32,523 nucleotides of DNA from assembly GCA_965662845.1 (NCBI GenBank), contig CBFIJD010000034.1:1-32523 (forward strand). The letters run 5' to 3'. How positions within the stretch are numbered: position 1 is the stretch's first letter; every line of letters begins with the position of its first letter. A program made the position numbers and the translations under genes. The notes beneath the pieces were generated by a model. The model saw only the letters and a list, made by a program, of their open reading frames with translations. It searched no databases and was not told where the DNA came from. Source of the DNA: an uncultured bacterium (GTDB taxonomy: Bacteria > SAR324 > NAC60-12). Below, one piece after another: positions 7,370 through 15,400 of this stretch.

Positions 7370-7480
7370 GCCCAACGACCAAGCGCACCGGCAACGTTGG
7401 AGCGTAGCATCGTTCGCGTCCGCACTCACGAAACGGCGACAACCCGCAGCCTCTGGCAAGGTGCATCCCTCCTTATAGCC
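7370..7480 (-). other. Degenerate attC-like site between fic and hicA
   Basis: GTTGGGC core (7370-7376) with an arm shared with 2353-2372. At the far end GGTGC could pair with GCACC, but the sequence over the fic stop is CTATAAG rather than RYYYAAC. Confidence 0.4.
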
Positions 7481-8078
7481 CCTCGGTTTTAAAGTCACTG
7501 TAGCCTTCGTAGAAATAGCTGACATCAATGCCCTTCATGAACAAAGCGCGGTCATGGATTTGATCGGTCAGCGCGTCTTTCAGCAGGGCTTTGAGCTCCA
7601 GATCTTTCACCACGCTGCGCTGCATGGCGGAGAGATAATCCTCTTTATCAATTTTGTTCCAATCGACCACTCGCTCCAGCTCTTTTTTCAAAATCAGATC
7701 CAGCCAGATACGCGTGGCGCGTCCGTTGCCCTCCCGAAAGGGGTGGGCGATATTCATCTCAACATATTTTTCAACAATCTTATCAAAGGTGTTCTGTTCC
7801 ATCGTATCGATGTATTGCAGTGAGACTTTGAGATACATCAGGGGCGCAAAGCGGAAATTGCCCTTGGTGATATTCACGTCGCGGATGTTTCCAGCAAATT
7901 CATAAATTTCCCCAAATAGATACTCATGGATGAAAGACAGCCCTTTGAATGTGCCGATTTCGACCTGACCTATATCGCCGGAGTCAAAAAGCTGTTTGGC
8001 CTTTTGTTTGCTGATTTTTTCCTCGGCTTTAGCAAGTTCGACCTGATCGGTGATGCCTAGTTTGTTGTCTAATCTCAT
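7473..8078 (-). CDS. fic: Class III (self-inhibited, NmFic-like) Fic adenylyltransferase
   Basis: Canonical HPFREGNGRATR motif and C-terminal inhibitory SYFYEG ((S/T)xxxE(G/N)); 201 aa. Confidence 0.92.
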   Translation of the reverse strand: MRLDNKLGITDQVELAKAEEKISKQKAKQLFDSGDIGQVEIGTFKGLSFIHEYLFGEIYEFAGNIRDVNITKGNFRFAPLMYLKVSLQYIDTMEQNTFDKIVEKYVEMNIAHPFREGNGRATRIWLDLILKKELERVVDWNKIDKEDYLSAMQRSVVKDLELKALLKDALTDQIHDRALFMKGIDVSYFYEGYSDFKTEGL

Positions 8079-8158
8079 GCGCTTGCCCCCTCACTCTCCT
8101 TGATGATGCCATCGATTTTGTTGCGAAGTCTGGTGATGTTTTTCACTGTGACCCCGAT
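8075..8158 (-). pseudogene. 3' remnant resembling the C-terminal helix of type I R-M HsdM
   Basis: Reads IGVTVKNITRLRNKIDGIIKESEGASA* and ends in an ATGA overlap with fic. Pattern similar to HsdM tails as recalled (…TV..I..LR..ID.I..EIE). Confidence 0.5.
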
Positions 8159-8268
8159 CGCGGTCTTGATTAGACAATGCCACCGCCCATCAGGCCCGCG
8201 AGGTGCGAGAATTCTTGGCGGAGCGCCCGACCCAAGCTCTGGATTTGCCTCCGCACTCTCCGCAGATG
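8157..8268 (+). mobile_element. IS630-family transposase internal fragment (DDE_3 region)
   Basis: LDNATAHQAREVREFLAERPTQALDLPPHSPQM (8170-8268) matches the DNAxxH…LPxYSPxLN motif. IAVLI precedes it across a 1-bp frameshift. The catalytic Glu segment is missing. Confidence 0.75.
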
Positions 8269-8340
8269 AAGGAGAATATCAGCTTTTCAGTCTTCCAAAA
8301 GCAACGCTGTGGCTTCACGAAGATTATTTTTTGCCTCTTC

Positions 8341-8435
8341 GGGACAAAAAACGTCGGAACGAAAAACGTCAGTAAGGGCGAAAAATCTTTCGCCCTTACT
8401 GAGTCGGAGATGAACGTGATTGCGGCTGCCCCTAC
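8341..8435 (+). repeat. REP-like composite repeat, copy C (diverged)
   Basis: AAAAACGTCGG…AAAAACGTCAGTAAGGGCGAAAAATCTTTCGCCCTTACTGAGTCGGAGATGAACGTGATTGCGGCTGCCCCTAC aligns with ~115-198. Confidence 0.8.
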
Positions 8436-8487
8436 CATTTCTCTGTGGGCGCCTTTCGCGAAACAATCTGAGCTGGTGGGCGGAGGC

Positions 8488-8517
8488 TTGTACTGCGCGG
8501 CCGGGCTCTGCTAAGCT
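8488..8517 (+). promoter_or_regulatory. Possible sigma70 promoter for holB
   Basis: TTGTAC, 18-bp spacer, TGcTAAGCT (extended -10 like), 35 bp before the ATG. Confidence 0.3.
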
Positions 8518-8552
8518 ACGCGGCTTTTTCAACCCTCCTTCTGCGGCAGCTC

Positions 8553-9542
8553 ATGCCCTTCGCTGACATTCACGGACAATCCTCTGCGCTCCAACAGATC
8601 CAGCGTGCATTGCGGGCGCGCCGTCCGCCTTCGGGGTGGCTCTTCAGCGGTCCGGCGCATGTGGGCAAGGGCCTCACCGCGCGCTTGGTCGCGCAAGCGC
8701 TGAACTGTCACACGCTGGCAGAAGACGCCTGCGGTGTCTGCGATGTTTGTCGTCAAATTGAGCTTGGACACTTTGCAGACTACTCGGTTGTGGAGCCTGC
8801 CGGACAGAACATCCGCATGGAGCAAATCCAAGAGACGATCCGCTGGATGCAATATCGTCCGGAGCGCGGCCACTACCGCGTGCTGGTGTTAGACGGCGCC
8901 GAGCGCCTCAACCGTGAGTCGGCGAACGCCTTCCTCAAGACGCTGGAAGAGCCGCCGCCGCAAACGACGATCCTCTTGTTGACGTCTTCGCCGCAGCAGC
9001 TCCTAGAGACGATCCTCTCGCGCTGTCAGTCGGTGCGCTTTCGTCCCCTAGAGCGGGCGGACGTCGAAGCGATCTTGGCGGCACAGACAGATCTCGGCGC
9101 CTCCGAGCGCCGCTGGGTTGCGCAGCAAGGGCTGGGGAGCGTGCGGCTCGACCTGGCGCATCAGGTTGAGGAGCTGCGCAGCCAACAGCAGCAGTGGGCG
9201 CAGTGGATGCTGCGTCTGTCGGCAGAGCAGATGGGCGAGATCCTGCAGCAAACGCAGGAGCTGACGGCGTCGAAGGATGGAGCGTGGGAGCGCTTGCTGG
9301 ACTGGCTCGAGACGTGGTTCCGCGATCTTGCGTGGATGTTGCATCAGCTACCGCAAGACCAGCTGCTGCATGGCGATCAGCTCGCGGCGTTGCAGCAGTG
9401 TCAGCAGCGGTTCGCCCCAGAGGTGATCCTTGGCGCATACGAAGAGATCTTACGCATCCGCGCCAACATCGCCCTCAACGCGAACAAAGCCCTTCAACTG
9501 GAGAGCTTCTGGCTCCGCCTCAAACAACAAAACTTCGCATGA
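8553..9542 (+). CDS. holB: DNA polymerase III subunit delta'
   Basis: GPAHVGK P-loop-like segment, C…CGVCDVC zinc module, SANAFLKTLEEPP and TILSRCQ; 329 aa. Confidence 0.93.
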   Translation: MPFADIHGQSSALQQIQRALRARRPPSGWLFSGPAHVGKGLTARLVAQALNCHTLAEDACGVCDVCRQIELGHFADYSVVEPAGQNIRMEQIQETIRWMQYRPERGHYRVLVLDGAERLNRESANAFLKTLEEPPPQTTILLLTSSPQQLLETILSRCQSVRFRPLERADVEAILAAQTDLGASERRWVAQQGLGSVRLDLAHQVEELRSQQQQWAQWMLRLSAEQMGEILQQTQELTASKDGAWERLLDWLETWFRDLAWMLHQLPQDQLLHGDQLAALQQCQQRFAPEVILGAYEEILRIRANIALNANKALQLESFWLRLKQQNFA

Positions 9543-9991
9543 AACGCACGCTCCTCTTATTTGTCAGCCTTGTGTTCCTGAGCTTCCCAGCGACCGCGCG
9601 CACGCTCACTCCGATTGAGATGGAGACCCTCAAAGAAGAGGTCAGCGCGCAGTTCACCCAGTTCCTGCAGCTGTGGCAGGAGGAGCGCTACTTTGAGATG
9701 TATGAGTTTGGCCTGCGTCAGTCGCGCCAACAGCTCAGCGTGGAAGAGTTCGCCACCCGCATGGTCGAGCTAGACTGGGTGCCCGTCATGATGGAAGGAG
9801 AGCAGCCGGAGGTTTCCTTCCGCTATCGCACGCTGTTTTACGTCAGCACCAACTTGCAGTTTCGCCACAAAACGCGCCCAGAGCTGCAGTATGCCAAGCG
9901 ACAGTCCTTTTTGTTGCTCCAAGAGCAAGGCGGCTGGCGGCTCGACCTGCTGCAAATGATCCGCACCCCCTACTATTCGCCCAAAGAATAA
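9539..9991 (+). CDS. Secreted hypothetical protein, 150 aa
   Basis: ATGA overlap with the holB stop. Signal peptide MKRTLLLFVSLVFLSFPATA. The track's N-terminal extension from 9194 lies inside holB. Confidence 0.8.
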   Translation: MKRTLLLFVSLVFLSFPATARTLTPIEMETLKEEVSAQFTQFLQLWQEERYFEMYEFGLRQSRQQLSVEEFATRMVELDWVPVMMEGEQPEVSFRYRTLFYVSTNLQFRHKTRPELQYAKRQSFLLLQEQGGWRLDLLQMIRTPYYSPKE

Positions 9992-10082
9992 GCCCCGCGC
10001 GTGGGAGGTCTGCGCGCCTCCCTTGCTCGCTCGACGCTGAAGCCTCTTCTGCGCTTTCTCTGATTTTCTCACCACACGCCGC

Positions 10083-12281
10083 ATGCCTCCCGAAGCCGCT
10101 GTCACCCTGACAGGCAACCTCCAAAAAGTGATCTACCACAAGCCTGAGACGGGTTTTGTGATCGCTTCGTTCCTTCAAGAGAACCAACTTGAACCAATCA
10201 CGATCAAAGGGGTGCTGGTCAATGTGAACGAAGAGGAGACGTTGCAGCTCAAAGGGCGCTGGCAGACGCACAAGCTCTACGGCGAGCAGTTTGTGGTCGA
10301 CGAAGCGATGCCGGTGCTGCCGTCGTCGCTAGAGGGCATTCAGCGGTATTTGTCCTCTGGCGTGTTTGCCGGCATCGGCGAGAAGACCGCGACGCGCATT
10401 GTGGAAGCTTTTGGCGAAGACACCTTCCGCGTCATCGACGAAGAGCCCGAGCGCTTGCTCAAAGAGGTCAAACATTTCAAGCAGAACCAGCTCGACGCCA
10501 TCCTCGAGAACCGTCAAGAGCAGCAGGGGCTGCGAGACGTGATGACCTTTCTGCACGGCGCGGGGGTGTCAGGGGCTCACGCCAACCGCATCTTTCAGAA
10601 GTATGGTCTGAACAGCGTCAACGTGCTGCGGGAGAACCCGTATCAGCTCACAGAGATCTCTGGGATTGGCTTCATCACAGCCGACGCCATCGCGCGGAAT
10701 TTGGGGTTTGCGCTGGACTCCCTCGAACGCGCCGTCGCCGGCACCATTTATGTGCTCGAACAGCAAGCGCACAACGGGCACACCTGCTTCCCCCAGCCCG
10801 CGCTGCAAGAGAAGGCCGCCACCGAATTGAGCATTCCTGCGGCCACCGTCGAGAAGGCGATCCAGCACCTGCTCGAAGAGCGTCAACTCAAAGCCCGCCA
10901 CGTCACGCTGAAGGGGCTGCCCGCGCAGGTCATGCTCTCGCGTCCCCGTTTTTACTACGCCGAACAGCAGATCGCCGAGAACCTCTTTCGCATTTTGGAC
11001 AGCCCCGCGCTCACAGAGCTGGAGGCGAACGACGCGCTGATCGAGGCGACCCAAGAGCACCTTGAGTTGCGCCTTGACCCCGCTCAGCGCGCGGCGATTG
11101 AAGCTGCGCTGGAGCACAAAGTGCTGATCCTCACCGGAGGCCCGGGCACAGGGAAGACAACGATTGTGCGCTTCATCTTGGAGTTGATGCTGCCGCGCAT
11201 TCCAGAGACCGCGCTGGCCGCGCCGACGGGCCGCGCCGCCAAACGCCTCTCTGAAGCCACGGGGCGGTCCGCCTCGACGATCCATCGCCTGCTGGAGGCG
11301 AGCAACCACGGCTTCCAGCGCAATCGCGACAATCCTCTGGAGTGCGAGCTGCTCATCATTGATGAGACGTCCATGATTGACACGCTGCTGATGGACTCGC
11401 TGCTGGAAGCGATCGCGTCGCCAGCGCGGTTGATTTTAGTGGGCGACGTCGATCAGCTGCCCTCGGTTGGGGCGGGGGCGATTCTGCAAGACTTGATCGC
11501 CTCTGAGAAAGTTCCTGTCGCGAAGCTAGAGATGATCTTTCGGCAGGCGCAGGACAGCCTCATCACGCAGAACGCGCACAAGGTGCGCAAGGGAGAGATC
11601 CCCGAGCTGAGCGCTCCAGCGAATGCCAACGAGCTGCGCGACTTCTATTTCATGTCCGAGAGCGACCCGCAGCGCATTGTGAACAAGATCGTGCGTGTGT
11701 GCACCGAGCGCATTCCCGAGCGCTTTGGGTTTGATCCGATGCAGCACGTGCAGGTCCTCACGCCGATGCACCGAGGCGCGACCGGCTCCATCCACTTGAA
11801 CCAAGCGCTGCAAGCGGTGATGAACCCCGAGGGCGACTTTGTGGAACATCGCAACTTCCGGTTTCGGGTCGGCGACAAAGTCATGCAGCAAGTCAACGAC
11901 TATGAAAAAGAGGTGTTCAACGGCGACAGCGGCCTCGTCTTCGCGGTCAATCCCGACACCAAAGAGGTCCGCGTGGAGTTTGAGCAGGCGATCGTGACCT
12001 ACAACGCAAATGAGCTTGATCAGCTGTCGCTGGCGTACGCGATCTCTGTGCACAAGTCGCAGGGCAGTGAATATCCCGCGATCATCCTCCCGCTGACGTC
12101 TCACCACTACATGATGCTGCAACGCAATCTGCTCTACACCGCGCTCACGCGGGGCAAGGAGCTGGTCATTCTGATCGGCACGCCCCAGGCGGTGGAGCAA
12201 GCCGTGCGCAATGTCAGCAACCTCACCCGCTACACGGCGCTCTGCCACGAGTTCGACGAAGTGCACGAGCTGCTGGTCTAA
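10083..12281 (+). CDS. recD2: ATP-dependent RecD2-family DNA helicase
   Basis: N-terminal YLSSG…GIGEKTA and ENPYQL..ISGIGF helix-hairpin region; GGPGTGKTT, APTGRAAKRL, DETSM, VGDVDQLPSVG, HKSQGSEY, RNLLYTALTRG. Confidence 0.95.
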   Translation: MPPEAAVTLTGNLQKVIYHKPETGFVIASFLQENQLEPITIKGVLVNVNEEETLQLKGRWQTHKLYGEQFVVDEAMPVLPSSLEGIQRYLSSGVFAGIGEKTATRIVEAFGEDTFRVIDEEPERLLKEVKHFKQNQLDAILENRQEQQGLRDVMTFLHGAGVSGAHANRIFQKYGLNSVNVLRENPYQLTEISGIGFITADAIARNLGFALDSLERAVAGTIYVLEQQAHNGHTCFPQPALQEKAATELSIPAATVEKAIQHLLEERQLKARHVTLKGLPAQVMLSRPRFYYAEQQIAENLFRILDSPALTELEANDALIEATQEHLELRLDPAQRAAIEAALEHKVLILTGGPGTGKTTIVRFILELMLPRIPETALAAPTGRAAKRLSEATGRSASTIHRLLEASNHGFQRNRDNPLECELLIIDETSMIDTLLMDSLLEAIASPARLILVGDVDQLPSVGAGAILQDLIASEKVPVAKLEMIFRQAQDSLITQNAHKVRKGEIPELSAPANANELRDFYFMSESDPQRIVNKIVRVCTERIPERFGFDPMQHVQVLTPMHRGATGSIHLNQALQAVMNPEGDFVEHRNFRFRVGDKVMQQVNDYEKEVFNGDSGLVFAVNPDTKEVRVEFEQAIVTYNANELDQLSLAYAISVHKSQGSEYPAIILPLTSHHYMMLQRNLLYTALTRGKELVILIGTPQAVEQAVRNVSNLTRYTALCHEFDEVHELLV

Positions 12282-12478
12282 CTCTCCTCTCTTGCGCGCC
12301 GCTGCGCTCCTGAGGCGGGCGTCATGGCCCCCTACGCTCGCTCAGCGCTTGGTGTCACGCTCCCTTCCCTGCTGCTTTTTCGTCCCAAAGCTTGGTGCCT
12401 TAATCGTTCTCTAACCAAGCGTTGGTAGTCTCCGCGCCTCTTCTTACCCTTCGACACAAGCCTCTTCACCCCTAGAGA

Positions 12479-15400
12479 ATGACCATGTCAGCGCTACTAA
12501 GAATCGTTACCGCCTTCGCTTTTGCCTTGCTGCTCGGCTGCGACCAGCAAGCTCTGAACATCAACGACTCGACTTCCGATCCAGATAACAGCACGACTAG
12601 CGTGGGGGGTTCAGAGACCGCCGACGATGCTAACGAAGGCTCCAGCGGTTCCGACAACTCTGGTGACTCCGGTACTTCTGGTGACTCCGGCACTGGGGTC
12701 GTCCTGAGCTGTACCGCCCCCGACACCGGCTTCACCGGTTGGAGCGCCAGCGTACAATATGGCAGCGACCAAGAAGACTTGCTGTTGGCGGGGAGCCAAG
12801 ACTGCGCAGGGAACCTCTATGTCGCAGGCAGTACGCGCGGAGCCTTTCAGACGAACGCGGGGAACCGCGACGGGTTCCTCTTTAGTTATCGCCCCGATGG
12901 CTTGGAGCGCTGGCGCGCGCAAGTTGGGACGACCTCTGATGACCTCATCAACGACGTCGCGGTCGACAAGGCTGGGAACGTCTATATCGTGGGAGAGACC
13001 TCTGGTGAGCTGGCCAACGCCGCGCTCGCGAACCCTCCCGATGGCTTTGTCCAGAAGTTTAACGCCAGCGGGACTCTGCAATGGACGCGGCAAATCGGCA
13101 CCAATGACTACGACACGCTCAATACGGTCGTCGTCTCTGACGATGGCAATGTCTATGCGGCGGGGATCACCTTTGCTCAATTTGACGGCAGCATCTCCAA
13201 TGTCACCTGCACCAACATCGCCGACAACTGCACCAGCAATCAAGGAGGCCGCGACTTCTTCTTGGTCAAATACAATCCTGACGGCACGCTGCAATGGCTG
13301 GATCAGTACGGGACAGATCAAGACGACTATGCGGACGCGCTGGCGATCAACGCTGACGGGAGCATCCTCTACCTCGGTGGACGATCCAGCGGAGTCTTTC
13401 AGACGGGCGTGACTCCAGGGAAGACGGACTTCTTTGGGATGCGGTTCAATAGTTCAGGAGAGCGCCTGTGGACGCTCCAGAGTGGAACCGCTGACATCGA
13501 CGTGCTGACGGACTTGGTCGTTAAAGAAGACAACTCGGTCTACTTCGTCGGCAACACCTACGGCACCTTTGGGCAAGACAACTTGAGCCGCAACAGCGAC
13601 GTGATGTTGGGACACATCGACGCCAGTGGCACCTTGCAGTGGGCCACCCAGTTCGCCAGCGAAGGCAGCAGCGCGCTCGCAGTCAATGTCGACTCTCAGG
13701 GCAACTTGATCGTGGGCGGCAGCACCCAAGGAGCGCTAGACGGCAACAGCAACGTCGGGGGCTTCGACGCGTTCTTGGCTAGTTATGACACCAACGGCAA
13801 CCAAAACTGGCTGCGCCAGAACCCGCTGAGCACGACGGGGGACGACGAGATGTACGCGATCATGAGCACCGACGAAGGACTCTACGCCGCAGGGCACACC
13901 AGCGGAGATTTGGTCGGGAGCAGCTATGGCAGCTATGATTTCTTCCTCATTAAGTTTGATGAGAACGGGAACCTGCGAAGCGCGGACGGCCCCCCCGTCA
14001 ATCCTGCGGTCTCGATTGAAAACGGCGCCGCCAGCTCCAACAAAACTCCCTCCCAATACACCCTCACGCTCAGCGCACGCGACTTAGTCGGGCAGGTCAC
14101 GCACTACCTCGTCAAAGAGAGCGCGGGCACGCCCACCACCACCAACACAGGCTGGACGGCGCTCAGCAATCCCAGCAGCACCATCAGCGAGAACGTGACG
14201 TATCCGTTCTTCAGTGGCGGCACCGATGGCGACATTAAGACGATTTACGCATGGTTCAAAGATGACCAAGACCGCATCTCAGCTTCGGCGCAAGATTCCA
14301 TCCTCATCGACAGCATCTCGCCTGTCTCGCCCACCCTCAGCATCGACAGCGGCGCGACCTACTCCAGGGGGAACCCGCTCTCCGTGAGCTTGCAAGCCGC
14401 AGATAATTTGCAAGTCACAGGGTACTTTCTGCGCGAAAGCCTCGTTGCGCCTACCCTCGACGAAGCCGGTTGGGTCACCGTCTCACCAGACAACACGAGC
14501 TATACCGCGACCGTGAGCTACACCGCAGAGAACCCTACAGATGGCGGAGATGTAGACCTCTACGTCTGGTTCCGCGACGAAGCCGGCAACCTCTCGAACA
14601 GCGCCACGGATGCCATCACCTTCGACCTCAGCGCTCCCGCCGGAAGTCTGACGCTCAACAGCGGGAACCCAACGAGCACATCGACCACGGTCACCGCAGC
14701 CATTGCCGCGACTGATAGCGTCGGGGTCACCGGCTATTACCTCTCGGAGAACAGCACAGTCCCCACGGCAGACACCCAAGGCTGGGTCACCTTCGCCGCG
14801 ACCACCAACTACAGCACCAGCGTGTCGCACACCTTCAGCAACGGCTATGGCTACAACACGCTCTATGTCTGGTTCCAAGATCAAATTGGGAACATCGCCC
14901 CCAAAGCCTTGGATGAGATCCAAATCACGCCGATCTTAGGTGGGGCGATTCAAACTGGGGAGGCCCTCGACAACCTCACCACCGCGTCGAACTTTGCTGG
15001 CGATGGCACCAACGCCTCGACCGATGGGACTGGCACCTCCGCTCAGCTCGCGCAACCGCATGGCATCACGACGGATGGAAGTAACCTGTACGTCGCTGAG
15101 TACACGTCAGGGAACATTCGGCGTCTGGATCTTTTCTCAGACAACAGCAGCCCCAGCGTGACAACCTTCGTCACCGGCTTGGGTTCCAACCTCACCGGCA
15201 TCACCAACGATGGGACGCACCTCTACGTCGCGCGAGACGACGGCACCATTCACAAAATTCAGCTCAGCGATGGCTCGGTTGCCGCGCTGAACACGGGGCT
15301 CGGAGCCAGCTCCCTCCAAGCGATCACTCATGACGGCACGCTGCTCTACGTCTCTAACGCTAACGACACGAAAATCTACACGGTTGACCCCAGCACAGGC

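Noticed and set aside
6058..7484. 11-bp inverted match GAGGGGCTATA (6058-6068) / TATAGCCCCTC (7474-7484) as element ends
   Set aside because: The second copy is the ordinary coding end of fic (EGL*) and the match is short; likely chance.
12660..12695. 18-bp tandem repeat (SGDSGT x2)
   Set aside because: In-frame low-complexity linker of the lipoprotein; no evidence of phase variation.
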